Positions 12,996-25,500 of a stretch of DNA of 64,000 nt are shown here, in pieces. Both the position numbers and the translations under genes were made by a program. Within the stretch, counting starts at the first letter, position 1, and every line of letters starts with the position of its first letter. The notes beneath the pieces are model-generated. The model worked only from the letters and a program-made list of their open reading frames with translations. It was not told the origin of the DNA and made no database searches. The DNA is taken from contig CM119271.1 of the NCBI GenBank assembly GCA_051294375.1, forward strand, positions 8,423,788-8,487,787, read 5' to 3'. Source of the DNA: Paraspadella gotoi (lineage: Eukaryota > Animalia > Chaetognatha).

Positions 12996-14846
12996 ATGTC
13001 TTTCAATGTGATAAACCAGAAGATTGCCTTATTGGCAGAAACCGCTGGTGCGACAGAGCCCATCGCCCGGCTGTTTATTTCCTTACTGGTACAGTAAAAG
13101 ATATTGGTTACGACCGTTGTATTTGTGTACGTTGTCAACCTCCCTCTTTCCCCATACCGCAGGTCGCTTATCCCGTAGCTTACCTCTACCGCCTACTGGC
13201 CCCCTCGATCTCTTCCGCCCCTCGGCACGGGTTTTTCGCCCTCACGGGCCTGGCTCTTTGTGTTTTCAACTTCGGCTACGAAACGATTCACTCCTTAACC
13301 GCCGTCGTTGTCACCTACCTGTTGGCTCGACTGGGCCGCCGCTCCGCCGCCATCGTCCTCCTCGGATTCGCCTTCCACCTCGCCTATATCGTCTGGGGTT
13401 ACGTCAACGTCGCCACCGAAAACTATGACGTCAAGTGGACCACGTGTCACTGCGTCCTTATTATGCGTCACATAGGCCTTCTTTTCGATCTCTGGGACGG
13501 GGCTCGGCTCGCGAAGAAAGGCTCCTCTTCGGAAACGGCGTCCGACCCGCCGGCTCCGTTGAAAGAGTGCCCTTCCTTCGTTCAGCTACTCGCTTATTCT
13601 TACTTTATCGGTGGATTCTTGGTGGGGCCCTTGTTCCCGATGGCGAGGTACCTCAACTTCGTCGACGATTTTCCCGCCGCCAACGCCGAGACCCCGGGGC
13701 GAAGTCATGCCGCCGGGAACGGTCGACGGAACTCTCCCTCGGCCGAGAACAATGCTTTCCGCCTGCTCCTCACCGGCCTGTTTTACATCGGTGTCTATCA
13801 GGCGGGTAACGCCCTCGTACCTCAGGGATACTTGACAACGACTGAGTTCCTTCACGAATCTTCCTTCGCCTACAAGATGACCTACATCCTTATTTGGGGA
13901 AAGGTCGTGCTATACAAATACGTCGGCGTCTGGCTGATCGCCGAAGGCTCCTGCGTTTTGACCGGTGAGCGAACGGGAGGATAGAGTTTTGAGTTTGAAA
14001 TTCAACAAGTTTTCTCTCTCAAGGCCTCACCTATAACGGTACTGACGAAAACGGAAACGTGTTGTGGGACGCTTGCTCCAATGTCAAGATTCTTCATTAC
14101 GAGAGCGTGAGTACCTTAAAAGGCGTCATCGAGTCCTTCAACGTCAACACGAACAAATGGGTGCACAACTATGTTTACAAAAGGCTCAAATTCCTTCGGT
14201 CCAAAGTAAGAAAGTATTTTAAATATATTTCTCTCTTCGAATTTCGATATGAGTAGCTTGATAATTTTTTTTGTCGCCCAGCCTATTTCATCCCTCGCGA
14301 CTTTGTCATTCCTATCCATTTGGCACGGGATCTTTACGGGCTATTTCGTCTGTTTTGGTCTCGAGTATGTCATGGTCAAATTTGAAAATGATCTCGCCGG
14401 CTTGAAACCAAAACTTCCTTCCAAGGTAGGTTGAAAAAAGACCAAAAAGTTGTCCTAAAAAAAGAATATTCTTTATATAATTATTATTATTATTATTAAT
14501 ATTATATAATTATATTTCGCTACCTTATCAATAATTTTTATCACTAAAATCTGTTATATTTCGAATGAAAAAAGGTTAAGGCAAAAAAGGACCTCTTAAC
14601 TTACAGGTGCTGTCCACTTGGTCCGGACTTCCTTCACTGTTGCGCTTCCTTATCGGCAAGTGGTTCGCCCTCCAGTGGCTTGGTTACGCCCTGGTCTCTT
14701 TCTGCCTTCTGACTTTCCCCCAGTGGTTCGCAGTCTACAGGTCCCTCGGCTTCGTTGGCCATGTGGCCTTCCTCGCTTGGCTACCGCTCTTCCCCGTGAT
14801 CAACTCGCTCTTCAAATCCCCAAAGGCGGAAGCCAAGAGTCAGTGA
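12996..14846 (+). CDS. LPCAT3: MBOAT lysophospholipid acyltransferase (LPCAT3/nessy-like), 5 exons
   Basis: YDVKWTTCHCVL, YSYFIGGFLVGP, KYVGVWLIAEGSC, SFNVNTNKWVHNYVYKRLKFL and the catalytic FLSIWHG. Introns are canonical. Confidence 0.9.
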
Positions 14847-15682
14847 TATCTTTTTCTCATTCTCATTGCACGTTAATCGCGCTCTGAATGAGAGGCATTA
14901 CACAAACCGATTTACAGTATACACAGCGTACAATGTACATGTCCGGAAAGTGACGAATGTGAAAATATTCTTAGGCGTTTCCTATCAAAGGGACCAAGCC
15001 TTATTCACGAAGTGTAGCATTTTATTTCTTTTCCTTGAAATAAACTTTTTAAGGAGCACTTCAAAAAGTTGATCCTCATTTCATAATTCCTGTAGATTTT
15101 ACACCGTTGCTAAGTAAATCATTATTAACCTAGAAATGAACAATTCCATGTTTGTATCGGCTATATAAATGTTTTATGGAATGTATTGGAAGGTGATTGA
15201 TTTGAACTTATTTTGTTGATAAAGCTAAACCAGATCGCTCCTGGTTATGGAATGCGAAAGGTTACTACTCAACGTAGTAGACATATCAATAAATATATAT
15301 TTAGATACGTCTTCGGTGAATACCTCAATCGAAGTGCGAAACGATCGGTGAGATCTTAAGTAAAACTTGTGATACGGTATAGCGGCTTTAGCTAGGAAAG
15401 TAGAGGTTATTGCTCACACTTTTCTCTTGTTGCTCTTAGACCTTATTTATGGTTTTATTCCACCAACGCGTTTCTTGTATGTTAAAGTGGTGAATATTCC
15501 TCGGAATAGTTGTATAAGACAAACAATTTTATAGAGTTTACACTTTGAAAAATTATGATTCTATTACTTACAGTTATTATTGTCCTCTTTCGAGAGGTTC
15601 TTATTAAGAGTTTTTCCTATACAGTTCGTTTTTCGAATTTTTGTTGATCAGGTTTATAAAAGATTAAGAAAAAACTTTTAAA

Positions 15683-16343
15683 ATGCGTCCGTTAACCGAA
15701 GAAGAAACTAAGGAAGTATTCGAAAAACTATCCAAATATATTGGAGAAAGCATAAAACTCCTAATCGATCGACCGGATGGGAGCTATTGCTTTCGACTAG
15801 CAAAAGAAAGAGTCTTTTACGTCAGAGAAGGTGAAAACATTTTGAAATTCAGTTATTACTTTAACGTATTTAATTTGATATATGTATATTTTAGATACAT
15901 ATGTATATACAAAATTGATAACAAACCTTATTTTAATTTCGTGTTCAGACGTCATGAAATTGGCGTCTTGCTTCGATCGCAAATCCCTGCTCTCCTTCGG
16001 CTCCTGCTTCGGCAAGATGACCAAGACGGGCAAGTTCCGCCTCCACGTGACGGCGTTGGACTTTTTGGCGCCTTACGCGCGGTTCAAGGTTTGGCTCAAG
16101 CCCAGCGCCGAGCAGCAGTTTCTCTATGGGCACCACGTCCTCAAGAGCGGACTGGGACGTATTACGGAGAACACTTCTCAATACCAAGGAGTCGTGGTGT
16201 ACAACATGGCTGACGTGCCGCTTGGTTTCGGGGTGGCGGCTAAATCGACTCAGCAGTGTCGGCACGCCAACCCCGTCGATATCGTCGTCTTTCATCAGGC
16301 CGACGTCGGCGAATATTTGAGAAACGAAGACTGTTTGTTGTGA
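15683..16343 (+). CDS. NIP7: 60S ribosome biogenesis protein NIP7 (intron 15831-15948)
   Basis: MRPLTEEET...[44 protein letters not shown] and [11 protein letters not shown]. Confidence 0.95.
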
Positions 16344-16553
16344 TTGGTTTTTGTTTCATTAGTTTATTTTGATTTCGACTCGCTAACGTATTCCGTTGCC
16401 CGTATATTGTTGAAAATTTTTTTTGCAGCTGGATTATGTGACCCGGTCTTGACCCAAATATTTTTTTCCTTTCGATGGGGGGCGGTTGTTTTTGAGTTGG
16501 GAAAGAAGGTTTTTTTTTACCAAAGAAAAATAAAACTTTGATACTTCCTCGAA

Positions 16554-19500
16554 ATGACCTCGGCGTCGTCCTCTTCCGCGCAGCTTTTGCGCAAAGGGCG
16601 CAAAGCGGCAGCCGCGGGTGTTAAAGATCTTTGCCTAAAGGCGGCCAAGGCCTCGGCCGCCGACAAATTTGACGCCAACTCCCTGGACGCGGTGCACGAA
16701 CTGCTTCGGGAAATCCTCGACCCTCAAAAACCTATCGATGAGCAGGACAACATCGACTGGTTGAAACATCTGATGGCCGGCGGCGATACTTTCGAAGATT
16801 TTGTGGAAAAGCTCAAAGTTTACGATGACGCCGTCACCTGCGGATTTGTTTGGACGTCAAACTTCGTGGCGTACCGTTGTCGAACTTGCGGTGTGTCCCC
16901 GTGCATGTCCCTATGTGCGGAGTGTTTCCACCAGGGCAACCATGAGGGACACGACTTTAATATGTTCCGCTCGCAGGCGGGCGGAGCGTGCGACTGCGGG
17001 GACATTTCAGTCATGCGCAAGGAGGGTTTTTGTACGCGGCACGGGCCCGATCACGTCAGCCGCGCCTCTCAGATTCCCTTGGAACTCGCCTGCGTGCCGG
17101 AGTTGCTCTTGCCGCAAATAATTTTTCGGCTCGTGCTGCAGTTGAGGACGTACTCCGACCGTGAACATATCGGGACCTACAAGGTTGTCATGAGGGAGGT
17201 CGACGTCTTCGTGGATTTTCTTCAAACGCTGACTACGTTAGGCGCAGGATTCAAGACGATCGTTGGAAGGTGTTTAAGCTCCCGCGCCAAGTACGCGGAG
17301 CTGGTAAATCCAACCAACTGCAAGAATCAATCCTACAAAGACTATGTCGCCAAGAGTCAGGAAAACTTCGCGGAAGTGGTAGGAACCGTCTCGGTGCCAG
17401 TTTTTCTGCGACCACTCACCTCCGAAATCCCGTCGCTGGAATCAGAGAACATAAAACACGAGTCTCTCCTTGACGAGATCATGTTTTGGATCGTCAAATA
17501 CGAGTTTCCCCAACCCCTTGTCACCTTTCTGCTCACGATGCTGCCCGACGAAAGTTACAAGACCGAATTTACCAACTCGTTCATCCGGCACTACAGTCGC
17601 ATGACTATGGCGTTGGCAGACAGCGGCCAACCCCAGGTGTGTTGAAGGAATGCTTCGATGCTTGATCCATCATACTCATGCGCTCGTGCAATTTCCCACA
17701 GGTCATCTCGAATCGAATGGTGCACATATCGGTTCAACTTTTTAGCAACAACAGCCTCGCTGCCGCAATGGTCAAGGAACAGGGTCTTTTGCACATCTTG
17801 CTCGGATCGTTGCGGCACATGATGTATTCCATTTTACGTCCGAATCAACTGAAAGATGGCCTCGGCGGCCACAACGTTCATCAGGCCGTCGATTGCTCTC
17901 AGCACGTCATGAAGGATCATTGTTATTGGCCAGTAGTTTCTGTGAGTTGGATTTTAATCGATCGATTCAACTGAGCACACATTCATTTGATGTTATCTGT
18001 TATTTTGCAGGATATCATCAATCTACTTTCCCATTGGGAAGTCACTGAATACTTGGTCAATAACGGCCCTCTTATGCTGACGTGGTTGGAAATTCTCGGA
18101 TTTTTTCAGGCAAATTAAATCGGAGCCCTCTCCCTTCTGGTTTTGTGTTTGTTTAATATTAATTAATTGATTATAATAATGACAGTTTCGTTTTCTCAAC
18201 ACAGACCATGAACGTGAACACGCGCGAGCTCGACAGTCACATCGAATTTGAACCGAACACCTACTACGCCTCCTTTTCGGCCGAACTCGAGCTGAGTGCC
18301 TCACCCATGTGGGCCATTTTGGCTCACCTTAAGAGCAAGGAACACTTGCCCCTTTTAAAAGATATACTGAAAATGGTAAAAAGTTGACTGGAAATGTTCG
18401 TAACATTTTGTTCATTTTTCTTTTTATCGTTCGCTTAGATCCTCGCGGCCCTCGGGGATTGGATGCACAGTATTAACTTAAGAGGAACCGGTAGCTTGTC
18501 GCGAGATCAGCCCTATCTCTCGAGTCCCCTATCGCAACTGCAAGTGTCCTTTCACCTTTCCCTCCATCGCTATTTCGCCGCCTTCCTCTCCCAGATCGCG
18601 AGCCTTCAGGACAAACCTCTCGAGGCCTTGTTGCCCTCCAGCGACGTTCTCGTCCTCCTCTTGAGTCACCCCCTTCAAGCTCAAGTGAGTTTAGATATTT
18701 TATTATTGTTATTATTAATCTTTATCAACCTCACGATTATTTCATTAACTCGACAGATTGCATTCTACGAAATCCTCTCTAGTCTTTGGGTCCGAAATGG
18801 TCTTCAAATTAAGGGTCAAGCCATGACGTACATTCAGTGTCATTTTTGTAATTCCACGGTGGATTTAGATCTCTTCATGATTCAAGCCATCGCTTGCAAA
18901 ATGGACCCGGACTTGTTTCTGACCGTCTTCACTCAGGTATTTCAAACGCTCGTAGAAAAGTACCGCAACGTTAGTTTTGTTAACTTTGTACATTTAAAAT
19001 TTTACATAAATCATTAAAACTCATCTCCTTTAGCGTTTTCACGTTTGGGAGTGGTTCTCTCTGTCACGAAACCATAGAAATACTTTTCTCGAACCGGATC
19101 AAGAAAGCCCGTTGTTAGAGGGCGCCCTCACTTGCTTAACTCACCTTTTCACCTTTCAACTTCTCATGGGAATGCCCGAAAGAGAACTAGTCAAGAAGGT
19201 AATAGAACAAGGGATTTTTACGTACTTTCTTCGGAATGGTACGGGACTTCCTACCAAAACCAAATTTCTTCTATTTTTGAATGTTTACAGGAAATGGTGA
19301 ACCTCATTTGCGTGAGTGATAGAACACATTCTCAGCTTCTGGATTTGATCCCCGAGAGATGCAACTCTTCTTGGAGTCAGGCATGAAAGATTCCTCTTTT
19401 CTGCTTCTCTAAAGACTCACCTCCGTTTGAAAGATAGTCTTGTTCCTTCCACTACAGACGGTAAACCTCGAAGAGATCCTCAACGAAGTTGCAGAATATA

Positions 19501-22500
19501 AGCCTCCCGACTTCAGATTCCACCCAAGCGTCGGCCTCTCGCTCACAGAATTACAACAGGGTCGTTATGTGCCCAAACCGGACACGTGGCTCAAGCTCTA
19601 CGACCCCGCTCACACGTTACTCAGGGCGGTGCACAGGAGAGACTATCAGGTGATAGATTTAATAGGCACGGGAAGGATCGTCACGAGTTTCGCGAAAAAA
19701 CTTCTCTCTTTTTCCCCTCAGGCATCCTCGGACCGGTTCACTGACTTTCTCAAACGTCAAAATGTCTTCGAAGGCGACCGCGCGGCCGAGTCCGTCTGGC
19801 CGCCATTCGTTCGTCTCAACGTCCCTTGCCCGTTTTACCGTCGAGACGAAGAAGCCGACAAGGATCGGAGCGAAGAGGAGAAGCGCAGGGACGCGACTTG
19901 TCCAATCCACCCTCGTTTCAGAAGGCTCCTCTCTCTCTTGCACAACAAAACCCTCCACGCTTTCATCTTCGTCGTTCTCTTCAAAGTCAATCAAAACTTC
20001 GCTCAAGTCACCGAGAAAGTTCTGCAGCTGACGGTCAACCTGCTGCGGATGGCGCTCGAGACCTACGACAACGTCCCGGAGCCGATTCGGCCCGCCGTTC
20101 CCGTTCTGCCCTCGGTCCCTGATCAACTTTACAGGGTTTGGTTAGTGTCTTTGAAAAAAAAATGGATTCAATTTTTAAAATAAACTATCGCGCCCTTCTA
20201 TTCTCTAAGGTTCCCCTCCGACGACATCTACGAAACTCTCGTCCACGAAATCGAGGCCGTTCGTGTAACCGAAAATCCGTCCGCGGGCGACGAGCATAGT
20301 TTGGACAAAGACGTTCCCTCTTCGGACTCGTCCGCGGGGTCCGTGGAGTTCGAAATCATGGAGCTCGAAGGTGAGGATTGAATTTGTTGGGATTGATTTG
20401 ATTCGATTGGGTGAGTTAAACTTTATCGATCTCGAATGTAATTTTACTTTTAACCTTAGAAAATCCTCGTCGTTCCTCGGAATCCATTGAGGTCGAGGAT
20501 TCGCCGCGAGAACCTTTCGTCGTTCGAATGGAAGACAACGAAGAGTTCAACGAGGCCGAGGGGTTTGTCACTTTTCCGCCTCTGCATCTCTCCGCCCTCA
20601 CGCTAGAAAGAGGTTCGGAGAAGATTGTGAGCGGTTCAACTATGGTTGGATCATGCAACGGACCACCAATATTTCTCGACTACAGAGATCATAAATCGAA
20701 ATATTTGGTTTAAATTCTCGCTAGCCCTCGGCCTTCGTCGTCGACACGCGCATCCCCGAACGACGGAGTCTCTCCCCGTCAACGATTGCCTCTTGTCACT
20801 TCTCGTCAAACTTCACAATCAATTGGCGCATAAAGACGGCGCCGCCGGGTCGTCGCCGTCTTCCAAGGCGCCAGCCGAATTGACCCGCGCCTATCGGCTG
20901 CCCGGCTCCCACGGTCGCCCGGCGGAGGAAAAGGCAAAGACGGTCAATTTTGACGATTCCAGGGTCGCCGATGGGCCAACAACCATTTCCAGGATGTTGG
21001 ATCACATTGCGGGTGAGCAGAAGGAATTTTTATTTTTATAGGCTACATATTTATATATCACTCTCCCGATCATCCATCTCCACAGCGACAAATTCCTCTT
21101 GCAAGGAGAAACTCTCTCGAATATGCGACGAGGTTTTGAGTCCTCCTTTGAAAGGCGACGCCGGGGACGACGTCGGCGCCGAAGCCGTCGCCGAAGAGAA
21201 GCCGACCCAATTGTCGCCAGAGGAGAGGAAAAAACGCGCCCAGGAGATGCAGGCCAAACTCATGGCCGATATGGCGAAAAAGCAACAAGTAACGAGTCGA
21301 GCTTTGTTTTCGAATTCATGGTTCGATTTAGTAAGCTTAGGCTCCTTTTTGCCTTAATAATTAAGAGTTATTTGCAATTAGCGGCATGGTAGACATGAAT
21401 TCTTCGTCACCTCTCCGGTATAAGCTTTATCATCTTTATACAAATTGGCCTTGATTGACAAGTAGGATTCAGTGTCAGATACCGATGCTTGGGCTGCTTC
21501 TGGTGTAAAGTCCTGACGACCACTTATTATTCGATACGGCCCGAGTTCGATTCCCGGACGATGCACCAGATGAAAAGACCCCCTCCTCGACCTAGCTTAG
21601 AGGGAGAAGTCGTCGGGACAGAAACCACTTGAACCCGGGGGGGGGGGAGCGGCGACGCCAGAAAGTTAATATAAAATGTTTCTCATGCCTTGGGAATCGT
21701 CTTGATATTTAATGGTACCTTAATAAAATAATCAAAGCATTTAATATTTTAAACATTTAATATTAACTTTCCGGCGCCGCCGCCCCCCTCTCCGGGTTTA
21801 AGTGGTTTCTGTTCCGACATCTTCTCCCTCTATGCTAGGTCGAGGAGGGGTCTTTTCACAGGAACCGTCGCTGAAGCCTCCGGGTCCCCTTAACTCCGCT
21901 CCTTTCTTCAGGCATTTTTGCAATTTATGGCCGAGACCGAAGAGGACGTCGACTCGGAGGCTGACGGTGATCCTGACGACTCCTTAGTTAACTCGTCTTG
22001 TATGACTGCTCCGGTAGACCCTAATCCACCCTACCCCGTAACCCTCTACGACTGCTGCATCTGCAACCAGTCCGAAGCATCGGGCTACGACAATCCCATC
22101 ATGATGGTCGCTCTTCGACAGGAGACGAAAATTCTCGGACGGAGGCTCCCCGCAAAGACGGGGCGCTCCGATTCGGGCGCGCCGGAAGGTGAACATTTAC
22201 TGCAGTTTTCTTCCGCTTTATTTCTTTTCCGATCACGAAAAAATAAGTTTATTCTTCAAACTAGTTTTAAATTCTTTCCGTCTCCTACAGAGTGCTGTAG
22301 ATTTCGCCCATACGACGAGCAGGCCGGTTGTCGTCTTAGAAAACTCGAAGTTTTATTTGATGAGGAAATTTCCACGCTTGCCTTGCCTTTTGGGCTGGAA
22401 GACACGGTCCACATTCAGTCTTGCGGCCATTTCCTACATGTTGATTGCCACAAATCCTACATGGATACGCAGAAGTAATTAGGGGACTTTGTTGTCTTTT

Positions 22501-25500
22501 TCATCTCGCCAGACGGGCCTAGGTCCGCCTTGCGCGAGATTTTGGCTTCTTAGTGATGTCGTCGTCACGCTTTTTTACAATTGTACAAAGTATTTTTTGT
22601 TTGAATTTCCTTCATATTATGATTAACTATAATATTTAAATTAGCATATAGTATAAAAATTTCTGATTCGTTCGCTCTGCAGATGCTGGATTTCTCTCTT
22701 TCTTTCTCATTCTCTCTCTCTTTAATAATTCATTATTATTGCATCAATAATTCATTAGTATCTCATCAATTATTTGTTATCACATCAATCATTTGTTTTT
22801 TTTTTCGGATAAATATTATTAAGTGATGGATCATTTTAAGATTTTTTTTATTAATTTTCTTTGATAGTAACGTCTGGTGAGATCACTATAATTTTAAGAT
22901 TTTTATTATTCGGTTGTCGGTTATCTCGTCCTTAAATTATTTCATTCATATTTCTTTTATTCTTTTTTTTTTTTAGAAGCGCCCAAATTAACAACCGAAT
23001 CCAAGGTCCCTCGTTGGACATCAACGATGGGGAGTTTACTTGTCCCCTCTGCCGTCAACTCGCCAACATGATTTTGCCAGTTTTACCCGAGAAAGTTTTT
23101 TATACCTTCGATGAACTAAGTACCCTCTTAGATCTGCAAGGTATGAAAACTCTCCCTTAGTTTTTGTCATCTCAATATCAAGTGTAACAAGGTTAAATCC
23201 GGTTTCCTCACCAGATAAAGGCGAGTTACCCAGTTCCATTTCGTCCTCTTTGACTTCCGCCGCCCCAAGGCCCTCTGGTTCAGCGTCAGCGCCGTCCGCA
23301 GCCTCAGCATCCGGCGTGCCGTCGACTGCCTTTTGGATGACGACGGCGGCGATAGAAACGGATGAGGAGGAGACTCCCACTTGCCTCTTGGTCGAAATCG
23401 CGACCTCGATGGAGAGCAATTTGATGGCGGTCGGTTGGAGGATCGGAGACGTCGTCGTCGAAGAAATCATCTCTGTTGTTAGACTTCTTCAGCCCTGTAA
23501 GTTGACTAGAGCGTGGACAAAAGGATTTTTAGTGTCATAAAGGCAGTACAAATTACCGCCTGTTATTTGCTGGCTTCGTTACTTCGGTTCTGTCTGTTAG
23601 ATGTCCCATCCCGCTTTTTACTAGCATTGACACTAATGGAGAAATTGAGTGATAGAGGAAAATACGAACAATGTTATTTCTAGAATCTACAATAAAAAAT
23701 ATTATTATTATTATACTGTATACAATGATAAGTATTATTTATTAAAGATTTGAATAACGTTTTTGCCCTAAAAATAAACAACATTAAACATTACGAACTC
23801 GTTCGATTCGACCCTCTTTCTTCCCCTCCCCCAGCGACTATAACGAACGACGACAGCACCGAAATGTATGTATCCTTCTTGGGCAGCGTCGCACAAGCTC
23901 AACTAGAGATCGAGCTCGTCCAGCGAGAAGGCTGCTGGTTGGGAGGTTCCCCCGTCTCTTATCTTCCTGGACAAAAAAATTGCTTTCCGCTTCTTCTTCA
24001 CTGCATCGGTTGGTCCCTCTTAGAATCTTGAGATATTCCCCAATTCTCCGCCAATCGTTGTGCTTAAAATCCAAATCGTTCATCTCGCGTCTTTTCACAG
24101 CTCAACAAATGAAGGTAAGCGCTAATATGGATCCCGACTCCGATCCCGACGATCTGATCCCGGGCATTTCCTTCTTCGAACACTGGTTGAAACTGACCGG
24201 CATCAGAGGGCCGGATGTGAAGGATTTGCACGGTGGTGAACTCGTCCGGAAGCCGCTCGTACCAGTCTTGTGCCAGGTTAGGTCGCGACTCAAATACTTC
24301 AAAATGTAAGCCCGAATAATTTCAGCAAACTCCTGATATCTGTCGTCCGATATTCCCAGGACCCGACGTTTTTGATGATCATGATAATCCTCTACCTTCT
24401 CCCCTGTCTCACGCCCGCCCAATTTTCCGCCGTTGTCCAAGCCATCTACAACTTGGCCTTTGCGCAGGGTGCCATCGCGATAGTCGTTAAACTCTCTGCC
24501 GAGGAAAGAAGGGCTTGGCAAAAGGTTCGTTTGGATTCGACCGAAAGGGAAGTCATAAGATAATAAGTCGAATAAGAAATAAGTATTTAACATGAAACTC
24601 TGCATTTTTATATCAGTTAATAAGAATATGTTTAGATTCATCGTTTTATCTTTTATTAAAGCCTACGGAACCGTCGAAGAATCCTCACACCATGAGGACG
24701 GATGAAGTGATGAACGTCGTTATCAGAGCTTTACAGAAAGCGGGCGTCTTTGATGAAGAAGACTCGGATCAAGACGATGGCTTCCTCTCATCGCACGTAT
24801 GAAAAATAACTTAAATTTCATACTATTTATCATTAAAAACTCTATCCGCCGGAAAGGGGAAGCATTTCTTAACATTTCTCCGATTTGCGAGTAGATCACC
24901 GGTGGAGTCATGAGCCCTCTCGCGGTTAAATCCGCCATCCAAGACTCCTGCGTTCACTTCGTCCGCATCGCGTCGCTCTTCAAGTTTCGCTTCTTCGGAG
25001 ACGAAATTCCCACCATCGCCGACCCCAACGACGAATTTATCTTCTTAGCCAAGTATCTCGGGTAAGAGGGGGGGACGCTTTTATATCGGGAGGGGGAAAC
25101 TTCGTTGATTATTTTACATAAAACAAACTCCCATTTTTTCACGTTTAGCCTTGGCGGGCCCCTCGCCAAATGCGAAGAAACCCCTACTCGAAAACGCAAT
25201 AGGTCTTACGAGAATTCGGGAAAAGCTTGCGATTTTCTCTTCTGGCAAATCGGGGAGGAAGTAAGTTCGATTTGAACGAAGTGAATCTTTATAATTTTAA
25301 CGAAGAACCAAGAATCGATTGGAAAATTTCGTAAGAACAACAGTTAAATAACTCAATGTGAAAATAAAAAATGTAAGGATTTTTATAAATGAAATATGTT
25401 AGGATTTAATAAACATAGGGAAAAAAAAACACGTAAAACAGACTAAAAATCACCGACTTTGCATCATCGATTGCAAGACAGACTCATTGAAATCCGACTT

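Noticed and set aside
15153-15376. TGTATC…GATACG segment with TATA and AATAAA, a possible solo LTR
   Set aside because: The 3' end is not CA and there is no target duplication.
23870-23877. U12-type donor-like GTATCCTT
   Set aside because: It lies inside an open UBR3 exon (EMYVSFL) bounded by normal GT-AG sites.
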